NCBI GenBank assembly: GCA_977030845.1
Contig: OZ365112.1
Span: forward strand, 2,728,001-2,792,000
Direction: 5' to 3'
DNA: 64,000 bases
DNA from: Fimbriosthenelais zetlandica
Lineage: Eukaryota
Below, piece after piece: positions 13,446-26,338 of this stretch (positions within the stretch are counted from its first letter, which is position 1; every line of letters begins with the position of its first letter). The notes beneath the pieces were generated by a model, which had not been told where the DNA came from, did no database searches, and was given only the letters and a program-made list of their open reading frames with translations. The position numbers and the translations under genes were made by a program.

Positions 13446-14283
13446 ACTGGTTTTGAAACATTTAGTTCTGACCAGATAATGGTATAGTTAGATGATCGCT
13501 TTAGACACATGGTCGCTGTAGGGAGAATGTCTTAGTGGCGTTAACACATTGGGTTATGACAACTTAGTGGTCACATAATGAGATAGTCTCTTTACTAAGA
13601 CCGTCAATTTAGTATGGCTTAACTTAGTGGTGTTAAACATTGGCTTCTGACGAGTTAGTGGTCCAATAGTAAGAAGGATTCCTTAGCAAGATGATAACTT
13701 TAGTGACAGGTTCACTTAGTGAGATGGTCAATTAGTCACTAAGTTAGTGAGATCGTTACTAAAGCCGGGACTCCACTGCTGCGATTTTGCTTGCGACACG
13801 TCTGCGACAAAGGTGATGCTTGTGTTTCAATGATAAATTCAGCATTGGAGGACGGCCTTAAGGCCTTAGAAACTTGAATCGCAATTTATAAATTGTATTC
13901 TTACACAACTTCACAAGCATTACCTTTGTCGCAGTAGTGTCGCAAGCAAAATCGCAGCAGTGGAGGCCCGGCTTAACTGGTTTTGAAACATTTAGTTCTG
14001 GCCAGGTAATGGTATAGTTAGATGATCGCTTTAGACAGACGGTCGCTGTAGGGAGAATGTCTTAGTGGCGTTAACACATTGGGTTATGACAACTTAGTGG
14101 TCACGTAATGAGATAGTCTCTTTACTAAGACCGTCAATTTAGTATGGCTTAACTTAGTGGTGTTAAACATTGGCTTCTGACGAGTTAGTGGTCCAATAGT
14201 GAGAAGGATTCTTTAGCAAGACTTTAGTGACATGTTCAGTTAGTGAGATGGTCACTTAGTCTCTAAGTTAGTGAGATGGTTAC
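13446..14283. repeat. Tandem duplication of a ~310-bp GGTCGC-family unit with a MITE at the junction
   Basis: ACTGGTTTTGAAACATTTAGTTCTG starts both copies (13446 and 13976); copies are nearly identical. Confidence 0.9.
13763..13973. mobile_element. MITE family A, full length (PIF/Harbinger-like)
   Basis: TAA-AGCCGGGACTCCACTGCTGCGATTTTGCTTGCGACAC ... GTGTCGCAAGCAAAATCGCAGCAGTGGAGGCCCGGCT-TAA: long TIR with a perfect TAA target duplication. Confidence 0.92.
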
Positions 14284-14309
14284 TTATTGCAGAATGTAGT
14301 TTTTGTGAG

Positions 14310-14450
14310 ATATGGTCGCTTTAGTGAGATGGTCGCTTTAGTAAGATGGTCGCTTTAGTGAGATGGTCGCTTTAGTAAGATGGTCGCTTTAGTGAGATGG
14401 TCGCTTTAGTAAGATGGTCGCTTTAGTGAGATATGGTCGATTTATAGAGA
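14310..14450. repeat. 17-bp tandem repeat AGATGGTCGCTTTAGT(G/A), ~7 copies
   Basis: Directly visible; GAG and AAG variants alternate. Confidence 0.9.
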
Positions 14451-14478
14451 TAATGATGTAGTGAGAATCAACTCCCAT

Positions 14479-14720
14479 GGGAGTGGAGTTAACTCAGTTG
14501 GTTAGAGCGCCAGCTCACACAGGGTGATTGACCAATGATCGAAGGGTCGGCGGTTCAATCCCCCGAGCTGTCCAATGCATTTCCAATGCCTCCCTCCTCA
14601 GGGTGTTGGTGTACATATGTTCTAGAGCACATGCACCTAGAAAAATCCATTGCACAGAAGGCAATGTAGTAATGCACATAGAAAGAGTCCCCAGCTGAAA
14701 ATCATATGAAAACTTGGGTA
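14479..14720 (+). mobile_element. tRNA-derived SINE (family S1), best copy
   Basis: A-box-like AACTCAGTTGGTTAGAGC (14491-14508) and B box GGTTCAATCC (14552-14561), followed by a non-tRNA body shared with the 5191 and 33262 copies. Confidence 0.82.
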
Positions 14721-15493
14721 ATCAAGAGTGTGAGCTGGTATTCACCCATACCAGGCTCTATAAAAATTCTAACTAAAAAAACAAAAAACGGCCTTAATCC
14801 CCGAGTAGACATATATAGAGGTGACCAGTGGTAGGAGCACATCAGACTGACCAGAAGCTGACCATTCAGTGTATGAGATGCCGGACACGTGGATAAGCAT
14901 CTTTGGTATCCAAGGAGACAGTATCCAGCCATGTGACAATGGTCTGGTGTGGGGGCGGGGTGGGGGGGGGGGCGGGGGGGGGGGTGGGGGCGGGGGCCAG
15001 GGGTCGACGACACGTCATCTAGTGGTGAGAGGTGGTATAGCCCCTCATCCCACAGAATACCAATCTTATAACAGTTTCTTGAATATTTTATACTGCCGTC
15101 CCCAACTTGGCCCTAAACCATGTCATTTTCACACTTGTTTCCTATTTCTTCTGACAATGCCACAACACATTTGTCATACAGTTATACAGTGGAGTTTCAC
15201 ATACCAACCACCACGATTAAACTATTATGTGAACACAAAATGATCAGAACAAAATGTGATCACAATTACGACATGTTCCCTAATGCGACCATCACATCAA
15301 TATGTAACTACTAAATGGTCTTAACTGAATATTTTACTATCACCAAGATGTAGGCCTACTCATAAAGCGACCATCTGACTATGCAAACTATGAATAATCA
15401 GAACAAATGTTTTAAGGGTCAAGATATAGCTTACTCACTAAAGCGGCCATATGGCTCTACGATAGTAGCACAATCTCAAGACTGGTCGCATTA

Positions 15494-15694
15494 AGCCTGG
15501 CTCACATAGAGGCGATTCTCCAAGCGATAGCAGCGCGATCCTATACTTCTAGTCACACTCAATGCTTGTAACTTTAACAGTCTGTTACATCTAGCTTAGC
15601 CTAATCACTGACAAAATTACAACCATTGTTTGTGACTAGAAATATACTATCGCTCTGCATCTCTTTGGCAAATCGCCTCTGTGTGGACCCGGCA
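15494..15694. mobile_element. MITE family C (PIF/Harbinger-like)
   Basis: AGCCTGGCTCACATAGAGGCGATT ... AATCGCCTCTGTGTGGACCCGGCA, flanked by TTA/TAA. Confidence 0.85.
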
Positions 15695-16004
15695 TAATTC
15701 TCTTAAATTATTTGTTTGAATGTTGTTTTCTAATTTACAAAATTTGAATGCATGATTTGAGGTATCGCTTGGAGAAACGCCCCTTTGCTCCCAGGATTAG
15801 TGAGAGGCTACTGTAGATATATCTCAGCTCTATACTTGTGGTCTAATCTGACATTATTATGACAGTAATATGAGTCAGGGTGTATCTTGACCCTGGTGTC
15901 TCAGTCAGTGTGTGTAATCACCCATGGTGCCTATTAATAGAGTATAGTGTATGATCATAACGACGGAAATTAGTATTATATGAGTAAATGATCATAGGGT
16001 GAAA

Positions 16005-16335
16005 CTGACTGAGACAGACAGACAACAAGCAGGCACCCCCAACTGACTCTCCCTGACAGAGAGAGAGAAAGAGATAGGGAGAGAGATAGGGAGAGAGATA
16101 GGGAGAGAGATAGAGAGAGAGAGGCCCGAGAGATAGTGAGAGAGATAGGGAGAGAGACGAAGAGAGAGAGACAGTGAGGAAGAGGGGGGGAGACAGAAAG
16201 AGATAGAGAGTGAGAGAAACGGCGAGAAAGTGAGAGAAGGGTAGAGAGACAGAAAGAGATACAGAATGTGAGACAGAGGGAGAGACAGAGCGAGAAAGTG
16301 AGAGAGATAGAAGGACGAAAAGACTCTCTCTCTCC
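16005..16335. repeat. (GA)-rich low-complexity tract
   Basis: Directly visible. Confidence 0.85.
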
Positions 16336-17192
16336 CATTTTATGGACATCAGAATACCGAGTCCACACTTATAATTATATTTCCATATTGCTTGAAACAT
16401 TTGTGTTTTAAACGTTGAATGACATAAAAAATACGTTCTGCTTTGTACAGTTCATATTGTTAGCAATGTTCGTGTTTCCATATTGAATAAGTATTTATAG
16501 ACCTCTAACTGCTCCCTTACAATATGTTTTGTTAAAGAACATGTGTTTTAGGCCTGAGACTGGTCTCTAACCGTTCACGCTTGAAATGAAGCCCTAACCG
16601 TCCCATTCTTTTCACGTCTACATGGAAATTTCACAGCTGATTGACCCTAGAGAGCAATTGAATCTTCTAGGTAAATTGAAATGGGTCAATTGATCTATTT
16701 CTGGCTGAATCAGCTAGTGCAAGGCCCTCTTCCTGAGGAAAAATGCTATGGTTTTAGATTACTGCTTCCCTGAAGGCAGTCTCATTCAATTGCTCTGTCT
16801 TTATCTGCTCTTGCTTATGCTTTTTCTTATTTTGTCCGTATTTTGTCTTCAAATAGGTCAATTTATGAATTAACTTTTTGTCATTTTGACATTTTCAAAT
16901 TTCGGTTTTAACTCATCGCCTCTTTCACTCAGTTTCGTATGGGAATTGTGTTTTTTTTCACTAGGAGTTTCTCCTAAAAACCTTTAAATCACTTTTTTGG
17001 TCCATTAAGATTCTTTTTCATGGTAATGTACAAGATCTGTTCTTTGTATTGAGGCAGGTTGTTTTAAAATGTTAATTATCTCGTACACTGGAGATTTAAT
17101 GCCCAAATCTAATATTTATAGAATTTTATAATTCTTGAATTGGTACAAGCAAGGTCACACCCACGATTTCTCAAGTTTTCAGCTAACACTTT

Positions 17193-17745
17193 GAATGAGC
17201 TGGTGCTCCAACCTACTGAGCTAACTCCCTGAATGAGCTGGTGTTCTCACCTACTGAGCTAACTCCCTGAATGAGCTGGTGCTCCAACCTACTGAGCTAA
17301 CTCCCTGAATGAGCTGGTGTTCTCACCTACTGAGCTAACTCCCTGAACGAGCTGGTGTTCTCACCTACTGAGCTAACTCCCTGAATGAGCTGGTGCTCCA
17401 AGCTACTGAGCTAACTCCCTGAATGAGCTGGTGTTCCAACCTACTGAGCTAACTCCCTGAATGAGATGGTGCTCCAACCTACTGAGCTAACTCCCTGAAT
17501 GAGCTGCTGCTCTCACATACTTAGCTAACTCCCTGAATGAGCTGCTGCTCTCACCTACTAAGCTAACTCCCTGAATGAGCTGGTGCTCTAACCTATACTT
17601 GAGTGGTACTTTTAAGAAATTGAGCTAACTCCCTGTATGAGCTGTTGCTCTAAAGAAATGAGCTAACCCCTGAATGAGCTGGTGCTCTAACCAAGCAAGC
17701 TACCTCCTTGAATGAGCTGGAGTCCTATACAGCTGAGCCTCCTGC
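17193..17745 (-). repeat. 38-bp minisatellite (~11 regular plus ~3 degenerate copies) derived from the SINE S1 tRNA head
   Basis: Reverse complement of the unit, AGGGAGTTAGCTCAGTAGGTTGGAGCACCAGCTCATTC, matches the SINE head at ~14485 at 29 of 33 positions. Confidence 0.9.
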
Positions 17746-18721
17746 CTATACCTTTCATGATTGAATTCTTACCGGCTAAGATTATCTATAATACCTATTA
17801 TCAGTATGATGAATGAGCCTTGATCGTCTGCTGTATTCAATCTGCGAGAAGTTTCCTTGAAATCAATTTACCAGATAGGATATCCTGTATCATGTCACAA
17901 CCAAACAGGATGGGGTAATGATAGGAAGCTTATACCTCCCCCTCAACCATCCCCATCTCCTTCTCTCATCCATTCAAACACTACAGATCAAAGTAAGACT
18001 GAGCGCTGGAGGCCAGCTGCATGGCATAATCAAAAACACAGTAGCGTAATAAGCGCTGGCTTCTCAATGTGAATAATTGATATAGTAATATGCCTACTGG
18101 CGCATCCTAAAACAATCTACACTTAATATGCCGCCAATTGCCCAGCCACGGGAAAGGCTTTGTCTTAAGTAGGGAAACTAGATAATAAGGGACTGAGTGA
18201 ATACTTTAATTAGCATTACCTTTTTAACAGGATTTCCCGACAGACGTGATTACTGATGTAAAATATATCAGGTTTCTAAGATGATTATCACTGAAACTCA
18301 TTTGATTTTAATTGCAAACTTGAGATTTTAAATTAAGAAATTGGTGTGTGTCATGATTCGTTATAAGATGGGAGCAGTTACAAATTAATTATTTCCTATG
18401 TTAAAAGTTAATGGGCATATTGGTGCTCTGAAGTATTGGCTTTTCCAGACTGGTTGTACAATATTTTATTTATCCTGCTGACACAAAATTAAGGGATATC
18501 ATATGTGAAGTTATATTGTAATTTATACTGTAAGAAATACCCAATTTGGACTTTTTCCTTTGCTGGAGTATGAATTAATACCTCTAATTGCCTGTTTACT
18601 AATTTGACTATTTGAGAAGGCTGAATATTTTGCTGACTCTCAGCTATGCTCAGTTCTCGGGTATGCACCTTGTGAAATACACTGCCCTTCCTTCCATGGG
18701 TGCACCCTCCGTCAATTTTGT

Positions 18722-18925
18722 GTATGGTACTAGTGGCTCCCTCACTTGGCACTCAGCAATAAGAGGACAGTACTAGGGCTGGTTGGCCTGGTGTCAGTAT
18801 AATGTGACTGGGTGACGTATCATGTCATGTGCCTGCGACATGATACCTCACTGTAAAACAGCATAGGGCTCACTGTCACAAGTAGGCACCGTCATAACTG
18901 AAAAATTGTTGAAAGTGACGTTAAT
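18722..18925 (+). mobile_element. SINE body with a Meta/MESC-like conserved core (family S2), lacking the head
   Basis: GGCACTCAGCAATAAGAGGACAGTACTAGGGCTGGTTGGCCTGGTGTCAGTATAATGTGACTGGG ... CTGAAAAATTGTTGAAAGTGACGTTAA; second copy at 60163 (minus). Family name recalled from molluscan SINE literature, not searched. Confidence 0.7.
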
Positions 18926-19324
18926 CTATGTGTTACACCATTTATTCGTAGATAACCTTTCTACATTTTCAATATTTGCCGTCCCTCAGTTTTTCCGTGT
19001 GAGGAGAGTGTGTAATTGTAGGAAGGTAGAGGTCCCTAATTGAAGGTAGAGGTCCCTAATTGCGGCTGGGCCCGGGGTTCAGCCAGGCCCTCTGTGGTCA
19101 ACAAGGGTTCTGTTATTATGTAAATCCAGGGCCATCCAGGTCCGGTTTTGTCACTTTCATCCACATTGTCATTTCTGTCACGCAATCTCAACCAAATCGG
19201 AATTATACCGTATCTCAGAGGTTAAATATGAAAGAAACTTTCTATAGAGAAGTCTTGGAAAAATATATTTTATTTGAATCAGATATATTTCTTTACATTT
19301 TGGAAAACAAAAGCTATAACTTAA

Positions 19325-19490
19325 TTGCGGCATTACTGTGACAAGGGAGATGCTTGTGTCCCAATAAATTTAATAAATTGTGGCCAAAACATTGAAGCGG
19401 TCCTCCTCTGCATATCACTTTCTTATTTCGACACAAACATCACATTTTTCGCAGTAGTGTCGCAAGCAAAATGGCAGTAGAGTCCCGGCT
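19325..19490. mobile_element. MITE family A, left-truncated
   Basis: Right arm GCAGTAGTGTCGCAAGCAAAATGGCAGTAGAGTCCCGGCT-TTA is intact. Confidence 0.75.
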
Positions 19491-19757
19491 TTAGAGTAGA
19501 GAATGAGTGAAGAATCAGGGTACAGTCGACTCAGGGGCACAGTACCCAGTGTCAAAGACATGAGGCCGTGCCTGCCAGCCATACACACCCATGATACCGT
19601 GCCTGCCAGCCATACACACCCATGCTACATTGATTACACGTAAATGAGGAGTCGCTGAACCTGTCACGTGTTCACATGGCACTCTGACAACTCTAACACT
19701 ACACACATCAATATCATGTATCTTATATCACCACCTTAAACCTCTACTCTAACCTGG

Positions 19758-19978
19758 TGTTGTACAATAAAATCGTCGATGGCGAGGGATCGGCGAGGGT
19801 GCCCTCGCGGTGCGATTAAATTGTTGAAGTGCTGTTTTCTTCTGAAAAGTGCTTGGATAACTGCTTGTTAATGCATTGTCCAAGCACCGTTTTCTCAAAA
19901 ACAATGCTTGGACAATGCAATCGCTCCGCGAGGGTACTCTCGCCGATTCCTCGCCATCGACGATTTTATTGTACAACA
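19758..19978. mobile_element. MITE family D with ~60-bp TIRs
   Basis: TGTTGTACAATAAAATCGTCGATGGCGAGG... at both ends in inverted orientation (4 mismatches over 60 nt); internal part recurs at 44110-44265. Confidence 0.88.
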
Positions 19979-19994
19979 GGGGGTCTATACTCTC

Positions 19995-20435
19995 TCATTA
20001 TTGCGCTGTACTACATCTACCTTTCCATCTATCTCCTCTGTCTCCATCTTGTCTCTTTCTCTCAATCTCTCTCTCCTGTGTCTATCTCTCATCTCTTTCT
20101 CTCCTCTGTCTATCTCTAATCTCTTTCTCTTTCTCTTTCTCCTCTGTCCCTCACTCTCTCCTCTGTCTGTCTCTAATCTCTTTCTCTTTCTCCTCTGTCA
20201 CTCTCTCTCTCCTCTGTCTGTCTCTCCACTGTCTCTCTCTCCTTCCCTCTTTCTCCTTCCCTCTTTCTCACTCTCCATTCCTCTCTTGGTCTCTCTGCCT
20301 CTACTCTGTCTCCTCTCTCCTTCTGTCCCCCACTCTCCTCTCTCTCACACTCTTTCTCACTCTCTCTTCTCTCGTCTCTCGCTCCTCTGTCTCTGTCCAT
20401 GTTTCTCCCATCTCTTACTTGCCCTCCTCTCCCTC
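19995..20435. repeat. (CT)-rich low-complexity tract
   Basis: Directly visible; explains the 222-227 aa Leu/Ser ORFs. Confidence 0.9.
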
Positions 20436-23089
20436 ATTGCTGAAACAGATCTCTCTTACTCCTACTACTATTACTTACATGCAAATATGTTCCTTATTTC
20501 CCATAGGCTCCCCCATCCTATACCTCCAACTGAGGTTGAGGCTCGCTTTGGGGCTATAAGTTATAACACTTTGTGACCAAACAGAACCGAATGTTCGCGT
20601 AAACATTCATCTACTTACTGAAGAATCTATCCTACTATATAACCAACATTCACTCAGCCCCAAAGGTACCATGGTCGCATTAACGAAATACCACTGTAGT
20701 TCAATACCAACACTGGTCGCATTATCGAAACCCCACTGTGCATTTTATTCACTCCCCCGGGGCCATTTTACGTCATTTACCTGTTCATTCCCGTAGCGAT
20801 CCGATAAAAAAAGAGAAAAAATGTGATCATTATATAAGATTAAAATTAGAGTGAGTATGTTAGAGTACTATGGTATGAGGTCCTTCCCTGTAGTGAAGGC
20901 AATAAACTGGCGGTGGTGAAGGGTGGGTGTGCTATTCCCACAAAGTGAACAGCCATTACATTCCTACATTCAATGATAATCGCATATCATTCACCACAGC
21001 ACAGGAACACATCACTCCCCCTCAACTATCCCTCATCACAAATTTTTATTTCTCATCTCTCGGAGTGATTGGATGTCTTTTCGAGTAGGGATTTGTGGCC
21101 AGAAATAGAACGGAGTTTTTAGCTTTGTTAAATCGATGTTATTTCACCACCACTAAAATTTTCTCTGGGTTGTTGAAAAATGTTCCTTGGCGTTTAAAAA
21201 ACGGGCAGCGTTGACTTGAGTATTGGATGTTTTGCTGTGGTTGCAGATTGCGTGTTTTTAAGCGGTCTTCGTCCATTAGATGGCCCCTCGAAACAATTTA
21301 CGCCCGCGCCTACTGCAATAGGCGCTGCTAGAGCAACTAGGATGGAGCAACTTTTCATGGGGCAAGCACGGCAGGCGTCATTGTTGTTGATAGATTTTAT
21401 ATGAGAAAAAGGCGAGCGGGTAGATAGAGTAATTTGATAGTGGGCCTCTGAGGCTGCCTCTCCCCCTCACTCTACCCTACACTGATACCACTATTATTAT
21501 TTCTTATGGTAGGAAAAAATGACATTCATGTATGACCACAACATCCCTATTGGAGCACTTTTATATGCTTTCAAAGCTGGGAATCTGACTTACCAATATG
21601 GCATGGTTCCAACACTTCTGCTATTACACAGTTATTTAGTTTTTGAAGCATTTTCCTCCCTGCTCTGTAAAAGGCTCGTCGTCGTGTGATATTGTTGTTT
21701 TTTAAATCGTTCCTCAACTCATATGGACTTGTAAAGGGAGTATTTTAGAAGAATTGATTGCTCCGTTATTTGGGGGTCGATTATTAGTTTGATTCGCGGC
21801 TCTCAGCGTGCAGGTGCCTCGTAAAAGATTTTATGTCTTATGATTCTAGCCGGTAAAACATTTGGTTCACGTATTAGAGTTATTTATAGATTGTAACAAA
21901 CGTCATCCATGGTCTAGGTTCGCTTTTAGCCTCTAATTCATCCACACGGGACCAAATCACGGACCGCAATGACGGTTAGAGGTTAAAATTCACCCACTTA
22001 GTCCAAAATAGAAACGGTTTTTATTACTCCACAAACTGCGGCCCATCTCGCAATGAGATTCCCCATTAATTTATCTAATTAACTTAAAATGATTTACTAT
22101 TTATATGAAAGGCAAGTATCCCGTCAAATATAGAGCTTGGGATACAAATCAAATGCTTGTAAAAGTATACTTTCCTGGAACAAAAATAATTATGAATAAT
22201 GATTTAACATACGTTATAAGTATACTTAAATTCATATAATTTGTTAAATTTTGCTGTTGCAATTTACTGGCTCTGCCACCAGTTTTGTTTAATTAATTGT
22301 TGAGGAGAAAGTTGTGTTTGAGAGTATAGGCTGAGGTTGAGCTTTAATGATTGGAGCAGAAACAGTAGACGAATCATCACTGTCAGTCTGTCTGCTCACC
22401 CCCTACCCCGGCATTATACTGGGCGTCAAACAGTAACCATCAAACTACAGTACAGACCCGCTAAACCACTACCTCACCTAAGCGACCATTCCACTAAATG
22501 ACCATAAAATAGCCAGAGTCAAATGCTTCTGACACTAATAAAGTAACCATGTCACAACACTAGGACATACTCTATAAAACGACCATCTCACGATGTGACC
22601 ACTAAATTGCCAAAGCCCAATGTTCAATTAAGACTAAAGGGATAATTTAAAATTAATTATCGTAATAAATATTTACGTATGTAGCCAATGAAGAATTGAT
22701 ATGGTGAAAGTCGAGAGAAGTCAAGAGAAAGAATCCTTCATGTAATATCGCCTCACATTTCGGTTGAGTGGGTCCGGTACATTAGCGAGACTTCACTGTA
22801 ATGACAATAGGAGGGGCTGTGTGTCGACGAGCCGCCCCCGGCCCCCGCCCCCCCGCCCCCCGCCCCCGGCCCCCGGCCCCTCTCTTACCTCTGATCCCTA
22901 TTGACATACATATAGGAATACATCACGGTGGAAAAGGCCTAGAAAACGCCCCGCCATCACTTACTCTGTGTAGTAGTATAACTTGGCAGTTACTAGGCTA
23001 ACAGCCTGGCCTCGGGGCTACCTCCAACTTAAGTTACCTTGCCAGCACCATGGCTCCCTATAAAGGCGGGGACACACTGCAGGCGTGTG

Positions 23090-23420
23090 TGTGTTTCTCA
23101 TTCTGAAGAATCTAGAACTGAACTCAAGGTGCAGGGACACTGGTGGAGTGCATGTGTATATATGTTCCTTATACTGCAGTGTCTGAACTGAACCCAGGTG
23201 TAACTCAATAATGTCCAACCAAATTGGAGCATTCCTGGAGCATTTTGACTGGCGTCTGAGGTGTGTTTGATATTCAATACCCCAAAATGTCTTGTTCAAA
23301 GTACTTAGACCATGTGTCTGTCTTTTAGGACAGCGTTGGCTCAGATTCGGCCCTTGGAGGAAAACACTGACACTATTTGATGTGCATTTAATTCGCTCTC
23401 ATTTCAGACGCATACGTTTT
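23090..23420 (+). pseudogene. Possible decayed DIRS/Ngaro-type RNase H relic
   Basis: Fragments VQGHWWSA, KVLRPCVCLLGQRWLRF and QIRPLEENTDTI*CAFNSLSFQ, in shifting frames, loosely resemble SG.W...HIN / LLR.L.L / HIPG..N..AD.LSR. Weak, by eye. Confidence 0.25.
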
Positions 23421-24418
23421 AATTTTAACTGACGGACGCCTCCAGTTTGGGGCTAACTTAATGCACCAATGCTATACTATATATAATCCGGATTCATAAC
23501 TGCAACATGTGTGCATACCCAATGACAGGGTGCTCTAGTCTGGTGTTCATCACAATGTACTATAGGCCTAGACACTCCTACTGAATGAAGACAGCCATAA
23601 AGTGACTCCTATAAATATCCATTCCCTTGTCATCCTCCACTTTTTTGTGACATGATTTAAAATGTTTATTGCCAGGAAATTTCCGGGTCTGCCATTAAAA
23701 CCACAGGGTCTTTTCACCCTGCTACAAGTTGTAAGTTTAGTTTATGGGTACGTCCATATTTATAAAATAGCAAGCAAAATGGTATACGTAATCTTTATGA
23801 TGATTGGGATTCTGTAGCAAAATGGCTGGAGAAATAGACAATTGTTTCCCAATGGTCAGTCCACGGATATAGGCATCATAGACAGGTTTAACTATATTAA
23901 AAAGTCAATTTCACTAACTATGTTTAACTGTATAAGAAAAAGTGGGAGAAGAAAAGTGATATTAAGCCTGATGAAAGATGAAGAAGGAGTTAGAAGGAAA
24001 AGAATAGACACATGGTGAGGGGAGATAGAGGGGAGGAGAGGGGAGATAGAGGGGAGGGGAGGGGAGCAGTGGGAATGAGCTCAGTCATGTATATAAGACA
24101 GATCTATATGATAGAGTCTCTCAGAGACCTTGTATACATCCCATGTGAATGATATGATTAGTTCATCAAGCTTCTCCTCTACCCTCCAGCATCCTTTGTA
24201 TGCTAAGTCTCCATAGACCAAAAGTCCAGACCTAATATCAGATGATTCAGCATTGTACAGTATGGTTATAGCACTGGTAGGACTTGTATAGTCACATATA
24301 GTTAGGGAAGAAATAGCTAGAATGTGAGTTTATTATAGTGATAACAAATGTTAAAAATGGAATTGTCTCCATTGCTAGAATAGATAGGCCTATTCATCGT
24401 CCTGTCGAACTGCCTCAC

Positions 24419-25075
24419 TGATTGCTAGAGTACTCAATTGTCTCTCTAATTGCTAGAGTACTCCCTTGCCTCTCTAATTGCTAGAGTACTCCCTTGCTTC
24501 TCTAATTGCTAGAATACTCAATTGTCTCTCTAATTGCTAGAGTATCCACTTGCATCGCCAATTGCTAGAGTACTCCCTTGCCTCTCTAATTGCTAGAATA
24601 CTCAATTGTCTCTCTAATTGCTAGAGTATCCACTTGCATCGCCAATTGCTAGAGTATCCACTTGCATCGCCAATTGCTAGAGTACTCACTTGCCTCCCCA
24701 ATTGCTAGAGTACTCCCTTGCCTCCCCAATTGCTAGAGTACTCCCTTGCCTCCCCAATTGCTAGAGTACTCACTTGCCTCCCCAATTGCTAGAGTACTCC
24801 CTTGCCTCCCCAATTGCTAGAGTACTCACTTGCCTCCCCAATTGCTAGAGTACTCCCTTGCCTCCCCAATTGCTAGAGTACTCCCTTGCCTCCCCAATTG
24901 CTAGAGTACTCCCTTGCCTCTCTAATTGCTAGAGTACTCCCTTGCTTCTCTAATTGCTAGAATACTCAATTGTCTCTCTAATTGCTAGAGTACTCACTTG
25001 CCTGTCTAATTGCTAGAGTACTCCCTTGCCTCCCCAATCGTTAGAGTACTCACTTGCCTGTCTAATTAAGAGTAC
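24419..25075. repeat. 28-bp minisatellite, ~23 copies
   Basis: Unit AATTGCTAGAGTACTCCCTTGCCTCCCC with variant blocks. Confidence 0.97.
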
Positions 25076-25382
25076 TCATTACCCTTTCTCTGTGAGTGCT
25101 CTCTTTCCTAATTAGTGTATACATCTGCATCTGAGAATTATCTGTTGTACTAAAGCCAACATAGTAAAGCACTTTAGACGGACCCTCAGCTGCATGAGAA
25201 TCACACTAACCATGAAAAATCAAGGATGTGCTCAGCATGTCCTGCCTCCCTCGACATAACTCTTTAAAAATTAAAACATAACAAACGAGGGATCAAGTTG
25301 CTCTTGCTTGTATATGCAAGATGCGAGCCAAGTCTATTAACAAAAAAAACGATGAAAGATTAATCCTATATATGGCAGACAA

Positions 25383-25552
25383 AGCCAGGACTCCACTGCT
25401 GCGATTTTGCTTATGACTCTAATGCAAGAAAGGTGATGCTTGTGTCCCAATGAAAAATTGATGAATCAGGCCCTTGGAATTTTGCACAAAATTGTATTAC
25501 GACACAAACATCGCCTTTGTTGAAGTAATCCGCAATGCAAATCGCAGCAATG
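25383..25552. mobile_element. MITE family A, degenerate
   Basis: AGCCAGGACTCCACTGCTGCGATTTTGCTT left arm; right arm decays at AAATCGCAGCAATG. Confidence 0.75.
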
Positions 25553-26269
25553 AACTAAATTACATGTATGCTAATTTAACAGCAATGCCAATTAGCCTGA
25601 GGCACTCTCAATTTTAAATCTGAACTGATTGGAACTTGAAACCTTTTCTTCCTTATATGACGATTGCATGATGTCTTTATATGCCCTTATATAGACATAA
25701 AGATAACCAACTATAGATATAAATGGACAGCACTCTCCTCCATTCACTCTATCACGATATCTCCCCTCCGGTCTTTTTCAACTCTTATAAAAAACAATTG
25801 GTGCCGTAGTACTGGAGTATGGGGCGCTCCCAGGCTTTGCTGGGATTCTGTGTTTGTATTGATTTTCGCTATATACAGATCTGTCATTGACATGCTTTCA
25901 CAACACGCCTGTCATTGATTCATACATGGCTGCGTCTGATGGCACTGAATATGGGATCAAGTGGAGACACTTGATCATGTTTTTTTCATTGCTTTTTGAG
26001 AAACCATTGCTTTCACAATTATATAGATGAAAAATGATTCTGGATTGATTCTGTCATTGATACCTTATGTTATTTATAGATTGCCTTCTGAATTCAGATT
26101 ATTTGTGGATTATTTACTTTTTAGTGGACTTAGATTTGTTGTATTGAATTTATCTTAACTGCTATTTCACTTATAGAATCACTCTCCTAATCTATACATT
26201 TTGGTTAATTCCTAATATTAGCATTCTCACCCTTTCTGTCTTCTTTGTCCCCTGGTTCTCCCTGTCTCT

Positions 26270-26295
26270 CTGAAGTTTTCTTCCTTTCGCTCTCT

Positions 26296-26338
<43 letters not shown>

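Noticed and set aside
14479-14565. Possible tRNA gene
   Set aside because: A and B boxes are present, but no convincing acceptor stem or anticodon arm; it continues into a body shared by dispersed copies, so it is called a SINE.
17987-17992. 6-nt + strand micro-exon CAG|ATCAAA|GTAAGA
   Set aside because: The acceptor tract is only moderate, and such short matches occur readily by chance; no independent support.
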